Of a stretch of 35,792 bases of DNA, positions 1-8,070 are shown in pieces. The notes below the pieces were generated by a model. It was given only the letters and a program-made list of their open reading frames with translations, ran no database searches and was not told where the DNA came from. The stretch spans positions 1-35,792 of the forward strand of contig DASSBX010000238.1 in assembly GCA_035698305.1 (NCBI GenBank), written 5' to 3'. The stretch is from Miltoncostaeaceae bacterium (lineage in GTDB: Bacteria; Actinomycetota; Thermoleophilia; Miltoncostaeales; Miltoncostaeaceae). The position numbers were made by a program, and so were the translations under genes. Each line of letters starts with the position of its first letter. The stretch's first letter is position 1.

Positions 1-522
1 CCCGGCGAGATCGTGGTCGACATGAGGATCCCGAACATCGTGATGCGCGCCTACTACGGCATGCCGGAGAAGACGGCGGAGGACTTCCGCAACCTGAAGC
101 TCCACACCGGCGACCTGGGGCGGATGGACGCCGACGGCTACTTCTACTTCATGGACCGGGTGAAGGACTACATCCGCCGCCGCGGCGAGAACGTCAGCTC
201 GATGGAGGTGGAGCGCCAGGCATCCGACCACCCGAACATCAAGGAGGTCGCGGCGATCGGCGTGAAGGCGGGGGAGGGCGCCAGCTCCGAGGACGAGATC
301 ATGATCGTCTGCATCGCGGAGGGCGACGCCCCCGACCCCGCCGAGTACACCCACTGGATGGCGGAGCGGATGCCGTACTTCATGGTCCCCCGCTACATCC
401 GCTTCGTCGACACGCTGCCGAAGACGCCCACCGAGCGCGTCCAGAAGGTGAAGCTGCGCGACGAGGGCGTCACCGCCGACACGTTCGATCGTGAGGCCGC
501 CGGCATCACGATCAAGCGCTAG
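1..522 (+). CDS. Acyl-CoA ligase (CaiC-like AMP-binding enzyme), C-terminal part; truncated at window start
   Basis: Frame is open from base 1 (PGEIVV...). ANL motifs LHTGDLG, YFMDRVKDYIRRRGENVSS and LPKTPTERVQK. Confidence 0.9.
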   Translation, partial: PGEIVVDMRIPNIVMRAYYGMPEKTAEDFRNLKLHTGDLGRMDADGYFYFMDRVKDYIRRRGENVSSMEVERQASDHPNIKEVAAIGVKAGEGASSEDEIMIVCIAEGDAPDPAEYTHWMAERMPYFMVPRYIRFVDTLPKTPTERVQKVKLRDEGVTADTFDREAAGITIKR

Positions 523-526
523 CGGC

Positions 527-1513
527 GTGGGGGAGATCCTCCGGTACGGGGCGTACCTGCCCCAGTACCGGGCACCCCTCGGGGAGATCCAGAAGTTCTA
601 CGGCCGGCCCGGGCGTCCCCGGGCCAAGGCCCTCTGCACCCCCGCCCTCGACGAGGACGCCCTGACGATGGCGTACGAGGCGGCGACGGCGGCGCTGGAG
701 GGCGGCGACGCCCCCGGCACCGTCATCACCGTCAGCCAGTCCCCGCCGTTCGGGCTGCGCAAGCTGTCGGCGACCCTGGCCCGCACCCTCGGCCTCGACG
801 ACGCCGTCCCCCTGGACGTCGGCGGCCACTCCGGGTCGCTGCTGGACGCCTTCGCCGTCGCCTCCGCCCTCACGGCGGAGGGGGCGCCGCCGGCGCTGGT
901 GGTGGCCAGCGACCACCTCGTCTCCCACGAGGACCGGGTGTGCGACACCCTCTCCGCCGGCGCCGCCGCCGCGTTCGTGGTCGGCGCCTCCGGCGGCGTC
1001 GCCCGCCTCGGCGCCCAGGCCCGCGCCGGGCAGGAGGTGTACGACGTGTGGCGCCTCGGCACCGAGCCGGAGGCCCGCTACCGCCTCGAGGTGCTGTTCG
1101 ACGCGTACGGCGCCACCACCAGGGCGGCCCTCGCCGGCCTGGAGCGGGAGACCGAACGGGGCACCGGCGACTACGCCGCCGTCTGCCCCAGCCAGCCCCA
1201 CCCCCAGACCCTCCGCGGCCTCGGGAAGGCGGGCGTCGCGCCCGAGCAGCTGGAGGGCACGTCGTTCGTGGGGGAGATCGGCAACCTCGGCGCCGCCTCC
1301 GTCGCCGTCGCCCTCGCGATGGGCCTCGACGCGGCCGCCCCCGGCGACCACCTGCTGGCCCTCGGCTACGGCGGCGGCGAGGCGATCGCCCAGGACGTCG
1401 AGGTCACCGGCCGCACCCGCGACTCGGGGGCCGCCGGCCAGGTGGCGGGCGAGGCGATCGACCTGTCGACGTACTACCGTTGGACTCGCGGCCGCCAGGC
1501 CGAACCCCACTAG
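527..1513 (+). CDS. HMG-CoA synthase-like/PhlA-like thiolase-fold protein, probably non-catalytic
   Basis: GTG at 527, 4 nt after the ligase stop. YGAYLPQYR, DEDALTMAYEAA, SAGAAA, IGNLGAAS and GYGGG resemble archaeal HMGS. The expected catalytic Cys and His positions read DVGGHS and PSQP. Confidence 0.8.
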   Translation: MGEILRYGAYLPQYRAPLGEIQKFYGRPGRPRAKALCTPALDEDALTMAYEAATAALEGGDAPGTVITVSQSPPFGLRKLSATLARTLGLDDAVPLDVGGHSGSLLDAFAVASALTAEGAPPALVVASDHLVSHEDRVCDTLSAGAAAAFVVGASGGVARLGAQARAGQEVYDVWRLGTEPEARYRLEVLFDAYGATTRAALAGLERETERGTGDYAAVCPSQPHPQTLRGLGKAGVAPEQLEGTSFVGEIGNLGAASVAVALAMGLDAAAPGDHLLALGYGGGEAIAQDVEVTGRTRDSGAAGQVAGEAIDLSTYYRWTRGRQAEPH

Positions 1514-1523
1514 GGAGGCGACG

Positions 1524-2693
1524 ATGCGCATCGGCGTTCTCGGGATCGGCAAGACCCCGCACAAGATCCAGCACCACAAGTCGCTGCGCGACCTGGCCGT
1601 CGAGTCGGGCCGGGCGGCGCTGGCGGACGCCGGGGTGGAGCCCTCGGACATCCAGGCGCTGTACGTCGGCAACGTCGGGTCGGTCGGGTTCAACTACGAG
1701 AACTCCACCGGCCTGATGGTCGCCCACCACCTCGGGGTCGTCCCCGCCGGGTCCGTGCGGGTCGAGGCGGCCTGCGGCACCGGCGCCTGGGCGCTGCACC
1801 TGGGGTGCGTGGCGATCCTCTCCGGCCTCTACGACACCGTCATGGTGCTCGGGGTGGAGAAGATGAACGACCTGGCGACGGTGGAGGGCACCTCGATCAT
1901 CGCCCAGGCGGCGGACTCCAAGGAGGAGTACTTCTCGGGCCTCACCTTCCCCTCGGGGGTGGCGCTGACGGCCCGCAAGTACATGCAGACCTACGAGCTG
2001 AGCGAGGAGGACCTCGCCCACACGTCGGTCAAGAACCACCACTACGGCGCCCGCAACCCCTACGCCCACCTGCGCTTCGAGTGCACGGTGGAGGAGGTGA
2101 TGCGCTCCGCGAAGGTCGCCGACCCGCTGAAGCTGTACGAGGTCTGCCCGATGACCGACGCCAGCTCGGCGCTGGTGCTGTGCCGGGAGGAGATCCTCCG
2201 CGACCAGCCCGACAAGCCGCAGGTGTACGTCACCGCCACCCAGATGGCGACCGGCACCTGGTACGCGGCGACCGACACCCTCGAGGACGCCCACCGCCTC
2301 TTCGCCGAGCCCGCCCAGCGGGCGTACCAGATGGCGGGGATCACGGCGGACGACGTCGACGTGGCGGAGATCTACAACTCCTTCGCGATCCAGGAGCCCC
2401 TCGGGATCGAGGGCCTCGGCTTCGCCGAGCCCGGCAAGGGCTGGCAGGGCGCCGCCGACGGCTCCACCTGGATCGACGGGAAGGTGGCGATCAACCTGTC
2501 GGGCGGCCTGCTCTGCAAGGGCCACCCCCTCGGGGCGACGGGCGCGACCCAGGCGGTCGACATCGTCGAGCAGCTCCGCGGCACCGCCCCCCCGGACATG
2601 CAGCGCAAGGACGCGGAGGTCGGCATCTCCGCCTGCCGCGGCGGCCCGGGGGCCGTCGGGGCGATCCACCTGTACCAGCGGATCGAGGGGTAG
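1524..2693 (+). CDS. Thiolase-family protein (SCP2/archaeal/PhlC-like)
   Basis: VEAACGTG (nucleophile Cys), GVEKM, CPMTDAS, INLSGGLLCKGHPLGATG. GGAGG RBS upstream. Confidence 0.92.
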   Translation: MRIGVLGIGKTPHKIQHHKSLRDLAVESGRAALADAGVEPSDIQALYVGNVGSVGFNYENSTGLMVAHHLGVVPAGSVRVEAACGTGAWALHLGCVAILSGLYDTVMVLGVEKMNDLATVEGTSIIAQAADSKEEYFSGLTFPSGVALTARKYMQTYELSEEDLAHTSVKNHHYGARNPYAHLRFECTVEEVMRSAKVADPLKLYEVCPMTDASSALVLCREEILRDQPDKPQVYVTATQMATGTWYAATDTLEDAHRLFAEPAQRAYQMAGITADDVDVAEIYNSFAIQEPLGIEGLGFAEPGKGWQGAADGSTWIDGKVAINLSGGLLCKGHPLGATGATQAVDIVEQLRGTAPPDMQRKDAEVGISACRGGPGAVGAIHLYQRIEG

Positions 2694-2697
2694 CCGG

Positions 2698-3120
2698 GTG
2701 ACCGTCTCCGCCATCGAGTTCAGCCGCCTCGGCCCGCCGAAGCTGCGGCTGTACGCCATGCGCTGCGACAACGGCCACCTCAACCCGTGGTGGGAGCACC
2801 ACCACTGCTACCAGTGCGGCTCGGACACCCTCACCGAGGAGGAGCTCGCCGGCACCGGCGAGCTGTCCAACTACACCGTCGTCTACTACCCGCCGCGGGA
2901 CTTCCTCGGCCAGGAGCCGTACGTGGTGGGGCACATCACCATGGACGAGGGGGTCATGATCCCCGCCCCCGTCGTCGGCGTGGCGCCCGACGACGTGGAG
3001 GTCGGCACCCGGGTGAGGGCGACGCTGCGGCGGATGAAGCTCGGCCACGAGGGCGACATCTACTACTCGCAGAAGTTCGTGGTCGACGAGGCCGCCGCCG
3101 CGGAGGGCCGGCCCTCCTAG
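2698..3120 (+). CDS. DUF35 Zn-ribbon/OB-fold protein (PhlB/ChsH2-like)
   Basis: CDNGH...CYQC metal motif followed by GELSNYTVV, PYVVGHITMDEG and VEVGTRVRA. Directly downstream of the thiolase. Confidence 0.88.
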   Translation: MTVSAIEFSRLGPPKLRLYAMRCDNGHLNPWWEHHHCYQCGSDTLTEEELAGTGELSNYTVVYYPPRDFLGQEPYVVGHITMDEGVMIPAPVVGVAPDDVEVGTRVRATLRRMKLGHEGDIYYSQKFVVDEAAAAEGRPS

Positions 3121-3148
3121 CGTCTGGGGTGGCCCCGCCGCGGCGGGG

Positions 3149-3925
3149 TCACCAGCAGGCCATCCCGCCGTCCACGGGCAGCACGTGGCCGGTGACGAAG
3201 CGGGAGGCGTCGCTGGCGAGGAACAGCGCCGGCCCCACCAGGTCCGCCGGCTCCCCGGCGCGGCCGATCGGTGTGCGCGCCACGATCGCCTCCCGCCGCC
3301 CCGGCGCGCGGGTCATCGGCGCGTTCATCTCGGTGGGGAAGTAGCCGGGGGCGAGGGCGTTCACCCGGATCCGGTGGGGCGCCCACTGGCGCGCCAGCTC
3401 CCGCGTCAACCCCTCCACCGCCGACTTGGAGGCGACGTAGGCGGCGACCCCCGGGCCGGTGCCGGCCTTGCGGCCGAGGATCGAGCCCATCAGGACCATC
3501 CAGCCGCCCCCGCCGCCGGCGATCATCGCCCGCGCGGCGGCGGCGGCGAGGGCCGCCTGGGCGCCGACGTTGACCCGCAGGACGTCCATGAACGCCTCCG
3601 GGTCCTCGTCCTCGGCGGCGGCGATGGTGTTGGTGGCGGCGTTCAGGACCACCCCGTCCAGGCGCCCGAAGGCATGCATGCATGCATCCACCAGTCGGGT
3701 GGGGTGGTCGGGGTCGCGCAGGTCGGCGGGGTGGGCGACGGCGCGGCCGCCCGCGGCGGCGACCTCCCGGGCGAGGGCGTCGAGCCGGTCGCCGCGGCGG
3801 GCGGCGAGCAGGACGGCGCAGCCGGCGTCGGCGAGGCCGCGGGCGATGATCGCCCCCAGGCCTGCGGAGGCGCCGGTCACGATCGCCGCCTGGCCGTCGA
3901 GCCGCAGGTCCACGACCGCGGTCAT
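3149..3925 (-). CDS. Short-chain dehydrogenase/reductase (SDR)
   Basis: TGASAGLG, YVASK, RVNALAPGYF, VDGG. ATG at 3925 overlaps the upstream stop (ATGA). Confidence 0.92.
   Translation of the reverse strand: MTAVVDLRLDGQAAIVTGASAGLGAIIARGLADAGCAVLLAARRGDRLDALAREVAAAGGRAVAHPADLRDPDHPTRLVDACMHAFGRLDGVVLNAATNTIAAAEDEDPEAFMDVLRVNVGAQAALAAAAARAMIAGGGGGWMVLMGSILGRKAGTGPGVAAYVASKSAVEGLTRELARQWAPHRIRVNALAPGYFPTEMNAPMTRAPGRREAIVARTPIGRAGEPADLVGPALFLASDASRFVTGHVLPVDGGMACW
3672..3687. repeat. (GCAT)4 tandem palindromic repeat inside the SDR gene; candidate parS-like site
   Basis: gcatgcatgcatgcat. It forces GAT/GCA/CAT codons that are atypical for this GC3-rich DNA. The same motif occurs at the par locus. 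Confidence 0.55.
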
Positions 3926-4680
3926 GTGGCGAGGGGGGCGATCAGGTCGGCGACGGCGGTGATCACCCCGGCGCCCGGGGCCCGCACGACGCGGGCGGCG
4001 TAGCGGTCGTACTGGGTGGGGGTCTCCCCGACCAGCACCAGCGGCACGCCGCGGGTGAGGGGGACGGAGGGCAGCAGCGAGATGGGGGCGGTGCGCAGGT
4101 CCGAGTCGAGGACGATGAACGCGTCGGCGTCGGCGGCGAGCTCCCACGCCCGCTCCACCGCGGGGCGGGGGAGGGTCTCGCCCCACAGGGTCCCCTCGGG
4201 ACGCAGGGGGTAGCCGCAGCCGGGGGTGGTGCAGCGCGGCACCCCGTCCCCGCTGGCGGCGATGAGGGTGCCGGCCTCCGGCAGGCCGTAGCGCTCCTCG
4301 CAGCGCTCGCAGCGCAGCACCAGCACCGTCCCGTACACCTCGACGGGGTCGAGGCTGCCGGCCCGCTGGTGGAGCCGGTCGACCGACTGGGTCACCAGCG
4401 CCGCCACCATCCCGGCCCGCTCGAGGCGGGCGAGGGCGTCGTGGGCGGGGCCGGGCCGCCGCCCGGCGATGGCGAGGGCGGTGGGGTAGAAGTACTCCCA
4501 GAAGCGGGCGGGGTCGGTGAGGAACGCCTCGAGGCTGGCGCGCCGCGCCCACTCGCCGCCGGCGTGGGTCAGGTCGAGGCTCTCGGCGCCGCCGAGGCGC
4601 AGGCCGGTGAGGACGACGGCCCGCTCCGCTTCAAGCAGCGTGGCGGCGAGGGCCTCGGGATCGGACGCCTGGGGGGCCAT
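3922..4680 (-). CDS. Sir2/CobB-family protein with degenerate catalytic motifs
   Basis: Sirtuin layout: DPARFWEYF, PGPAHDALARLE, VTQSVDRLHQRAGS, CERC..CTTPGC zinc site, LRPEGTLWGE. GAGxS and HG motifs are altered. Confidence 0.82.
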   Translation of the reverse strand: MAPQASDPEALAATLLEAERAVVLTGLRLGGAESLDLTHAGGEWARRASLEAFLTDPARFWEYFYPTALAIAGRRPGPAHDALARLERAGMVAALVTQSVDRLHQRAGSLDPVEVYGTVLVLRCERCEERYGLPEAGTLIAASGDGVPRCTTPGCGYPLRPEGTLWGETLPRPAVERAWELAADADAFIVLDSDLRTAPISLLPSVPLTRGVPLVLVGETPTQYDRYAARVVRAPGAGVITAVADLIAPLAT

Positions 4681-4694
4681 CGGCCCGGCCGAGT

Positions 4695-5906
4695 CTACTC
4701 GGCGGTGGGTGGGCCCACGGCGGCCGCCTCCGGCGCGGTGGGCGCCAGGCCCGACAGGGAGCGCAGGCCGACCGACCACGTCCATGCGGTGCCGACGGCG
4801 GCGAGGGCCGACAGGCCGGCGAGGGCGGCGGTCAGCCCGACCAGGTCCGACAGCACCCCCACCACCAGCAGCGGCACCGAGAAGCCCCCCAGGTAGCAGG
4901 CGACGTAGTAGGAGGACAGCAGCTTGCCGCGGTCGGCGACGGGGGCGATCTGGGTGCAGAGGTCGACGCCGCCCTTGAACACCAGCCCGGCGGCGGCGCC
5001 GGTGACCGACACCGCGCAGAGCGCCAGCGCCGCCGACTCGGTGGGGGACGACAGCACCACCCCCACCGACGCCGCCGCCGCCACCGCGAGCCCCCGGCTG
5101 ATCGCCCGGTCGGGCGGCAGGCGGGGGAAGATCAGCTGGCTGACCGCCCCCGACACCAGCACCAGGAACCCGGCGGCCCCCACCACCGCGTAGTTGTCGA
5201 CGTCGAGGGTGCGCACCAGGAACACCGGGATCAGGGACAGGGCGACCCCGTCGAAGAGGGAGAACAGCGCCCCCGACGGGACCAGCACCCGCCAGAAGAC
5301 GGCCCGCTCGGCGGCGGGGACCTCGAGGCGCAGGGTGAGGGGCCGGCGGGAGCGGACGCGGACGGTCTCCGGGAGCGTCACGACCACCGCCGCCGCCAGC
5401 GCGATCGCCACCAGGTGCAGCTCGAACGGCAGCCGCAGGGGGCTGTCGGAGTACTGGGCGACCACCCCGCCGATGCCCGGCCCGAACCCGAGGCCGAGGC
5501 GGATCGACACCGACCCGAGCACCGCCACGAAGGGGGTGCGCCCGGGTGGGGCGGCGTCGACGAGGAAGGCGGTGCAGGTGCCGAAGAACGCCCCCGTCGC
5601 CAGGCCCTGGATCGCCCGCGCCACCAGCAGGCCGGTCAGGTCGGGCTCGGTGATCAGGACCACCTGGGCGACCGCCAGCGTCGCGAGGGCCGCCAGCAGC
5701 ACCGCCTTGCGGCCGATCCGGTCCGACAGCTGCCCCAGGGTGAGCATGGAGGGGACGAGGGCGGCGACGTAGCAGCCGAGGAACAGGGTCACGACGGTGT
5801 CGCCGAACCCGAGGCGGTCCTGGTAGATGGGGATCAGGGGGGTGATGAGGCTGGTGCCGAGGGCGAACAGCACCAGCACCGACCAGGTGCGCCAGACGCG
5901 GCTCAC
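4695..5906 (-). CDS. MFS transporter
   Basis: About 12 hydrophobic segments, motif A GQLSDRIGRK, ARAIQG. GTG at 5906 overlaps the upstream stop (GTGA). Confidence 0.88.
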   Translation of the reverse strand: MSRVWRTWSVLVLFALGTSLITPLIPIYQDRLGFGDTVVTLFLGCYVAALVPSMLTLGQLSDRIGRKAVLLAALATLAVAQVVLITEPDLTGLLVARAIQGLATGAFFGTCTAFLVDAAPPGRTPFVAVLGSVSIRLGLGFGPGIGGVVAQYSDSPLRLPFELHLVAIALAAAVVVTLPETVRVRSRRPLTLRLEVPAAERAVFWRVLVPSGALFSLFDGVALSLIPVFLVRTLDVDNYAVVGAAGFLVLVSGAVSQLIFPRLPPDRAISRGLAVAAAASVGVVLSSPTESAALALCAVSVTGAAAGLVFKGGVDLCTQIAPVADRGKLLSSYYVACYLGGFSVPLLVVGVLSDLVGLTAALAGLSALAAVGTAWTWSVGLRSLSGLAPTAPEAAAVGPPTAE

Positions 5907-6700
5907 CGCGCCACCGGCCCGCCGGTGAGGCGCAGACACGCCCAGCCGCCGGCCTCCCACGCCCCGTCGGGCCGCAGGCCGCGGGCCGCCCACGCGTCGG
6001 CGAGGGCGGGGGCGTCGCCGGGGCGGATCCCCGACAGGACGGCGGCGGCGGGCGGCGTGTCCCCGGCCGCGTCCAGGAGGGCGCGGTGGGCGGGGTGGGG
6101 GACGTTCGCGAGGACGACCCGGCCGGCGATGTCCCCCGCCGCGAGGGTCGCGAGGGGGGCCCGGCGGACCTCCACCGCCGCGAGGAGCCCGGCAGCCCCG
6201 AGGCTCGCCCCCGCGTGGGCGACCGCCCGCGGGTCGACGTCGACCGCCAGCACGGGGCCGCGGCCGAGGGCCGCCCACGCCTGGGCCAGCAGCCCGGAGC
6301 CGCAGCCGGCGTCCAGCGCCGGCCCGGGGGGCAGCCGCTCGAGGGCGGCGAGGCACATGGCGGTGGTGGCGTGGTCGACCGGCCCGAACCCCTCCCCGGG
6401 GACCTGCACCAGCTCCCGCACCCCCGCCGGGGCGGGCAGGTGGCCGGGGCTGCGGCGGTACCAGCCGCCCCCCCCGCCGCCGGCGTCGCCGCCGATCATC
6501 GCCGCCGGCGGGTCCGGCCAGCCGGGCACCACGTCCACCGCCTCCGCGGCGGCGCCGAGGGCGTGGAGGGCGGCGCGGGCGGCGGCGGCCTCCGGGGCGC
6601 AGCGCGGCGCGCACAGCACCCCCTCGGCGGTGCGGGCGACCGGCTGCAGCGGCACCAGCTCCGCCCAGCGGGCCGCCAGCGCGGCGGCGGGCAGCCGCAC
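5903..6700 (-). CDS. prmA: PrmA-like (ribosomal protein L11 methyltransferase family) class I SAM methyltransferase, divergent; start uncertain (6700-6754)
   Basis: PGEGFGPVDHATTAMCL resembles PGxAFGTGxHxTT. Also LDAGCGSGLLA, AVDVDP, LAN and LSGI. Confidence 0.65.
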   Translation of the reverse strand: MRLPAAALAARWAELVPLQPVARTAEGVLCAPRCAPEAAAARAALHALGAAAEAVDVVPGWPDPPAAMIGGDAGGGGGGWYRRSPGHLPAPAGVRELVQVPGEGFGPVDHATTAMCLAALERLPPGPALDAGCGSGLLAQAWAALGRGPVLAVDVDPRAVAHAGASLGAAGLLAAVEVRRAPLATLAAGDIAGRVVLANVPHPAHRALLDAAGDTPPAAAVLSGIRPGDAPALADAWAARGLRPDGAWEAGGWACLRLTGGPVAR

Positions 6701-6743
6701 GTGGACGCCGGGGGGCAGGGGCGCCCCGCTAGCCTCCCTCGCC

Positions 6744-8054
6744 GTGGCCGTCACCGCCCCCACCCACCTCGCCGCGCGGGCCGGGGCCGCCCAGCCGCGG
6801 GTGGCGGCGATGCCCCTCGACGAGCGCCTCCGGGCGGCCGCCCGGTCACGGGCGGCGCTCGCCGACGCCGGGCCGGCGGTGGTGGACGCGGCGGTGGCGG
6901 AGGCTGGCCAGCCGCGCCGGTTCGCCGAGCGGGAGCTGCGGTCCGCCCTCGGCCTGCTCGACGCCCTCCCCGCCCTGGCGGAGGCGATCCGCCCCGCCGC
7001 CGTGCCGGCCGTGTCGGGCACCACGACCCTCGAGTGGGCGCCGTACGGGGTGGTGCTCGGCTGGCACGCCGCGAACTCGCCGGTGTGGGTCCCCACCCTC
7101 GTCGCCGCCAGCGCCCTCGCCGGCGGCAACGCGGTGCTCGCCCGCCCCTCCAGCCGCACCCGGATCACCACCGGCCTGGTGCTCGACGCGATCGCCTCCG
7201 CCTGGCCGGACGGCGCGGTGACGGCGGTCGACCTGCCGGGCCCGGTGGCGGAGCCGCTGGTGTGGGACCCCGGCGTCGACGCCGTCGTCGCCCACGCCTC
7301 CACCCGCACCTGCAAACGCCAGCTCGCGGGCCTCGGCGCCGCCTACGCGGCGGGGGCGCGGCTGCGGCCCTACATCCCGGAGGGCTCCGGCAACGACGCG
7401 ATGGTCGTCCTCGCCGGCGCCGACCTCGCCGCCGCCGCCGCCGCGGCGGCCCTCGGCGGCTTCGCCAACGGCGGGCAGCTGTGCATGGCGGCGAAGCGGA
7501 TCGTGGTGGAGCGGGCCGCCTGGGACGCGTTCCGCCCCCTCCTCACCGCCGCCGTCGCCGCCCTGCGGATGGGCGACCCGGACGACCCGGGCACCGACGT
7601 CGCCCCCCTGCCGCACGGCCGGGCGCGGGACGAGGCCCGCGCCGCGATGGCCCAGGCCCTCGCCGCCGGCGCCGACGTGCTGGTGGGGGAGGGGGAGGCG
7701 GGGGCGTTCTTCACCCCCACCATCCTCCGGCTGCCGCGCGCCGCCCTCGCCGGGCTGGACCTGTGGCGGCTGGAGAGCTTCGCGCCGCTGCGCGGCCTGG
7801 TCGTCGCCGACGACCCCGACGACGCCGTCGCGCTGGCGAACGACACCCCGTTCGCCCTGGGGGCGGCGGTGTTCGGCCCGGGGGAGGCGGTCGTCCCGCG
7901 GCTCCGCGCGGCGCGGGTGCTCCTGAACGAGGGGCCGCTGTACCAGGACCCCCACTTCGTGGTCGGCGGGGTCGGCGACAGCGGCCTGGCGGGGGCGCGG
8001 CCGAAGATCGAGCAGCTCGTCTGGGCCCGCCGCGTCCACCGCGCGGGAGGCTAG
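6744..8054 (+). CDS. Aldehyde dehydrogenase family protein, divergent
   Basis: PYGVV, EGSGND, NGGQLC (catalytic Cys), ESFAP, ANDTPFALGAAVF, GGVGDSG. Start chosen at the GTG downstream of a TAGCCT -10-like hexamer. Confidence 0.82.
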   Translation: MAVTAPTHLAARAGAAQPRVAAMPLDERLRAAARSRAALADAGPAVVDAAVAEAGQPRRFAERELRSALGLLDALPALAEAIRPAAVPAVSGTTTLEWAPYGVVLGWHAANSPVWVPTLVAASALAGGNAVLARPSSRTRITTGLVLDAIASAWPDGAVTAVDLPGPVAEPLVWDPGVDAVVAHASTRTCKRQLAGLGAAYAAGARLRPYIPEGSGNDAMVVLAGADLAAAAAAAALGGFANGGQLCMAAKRIVVERAAWDAFRPLLTAAVAALRMGDPDDPGTDVAPLPHGRARDEARAAMAQALAAGADVLVGEGEAGAFFTPTILRLPRAALAGLDLWRLESFAPLRGLVVADDPDDAVALANDTPFALGAAVFGPGEAVVPRLRAARVLLNEGPLYQDPHFVVGGVGDSGLAGARPKIEQLVWARRVHRAGG

Positions 8055-8070
8055 CCAGGCCAGGCCGCGC

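Noticed and set aside
527-2693. Mevalonate pathway entry (HMGS plus thiolase)
   Set aside because: The HMGS-like protein appears to lack catalytic Cys/His, and no HMG-CoA reductase or kinases are in the window.
3922-4680. Sir2-based anti-phage system (Thoeris/DSR/pAgo-associated)
   Set aside because: It has a CobB-like zinc-containing architecture, degenerate NAD motifs and no defence partner genes nearby.
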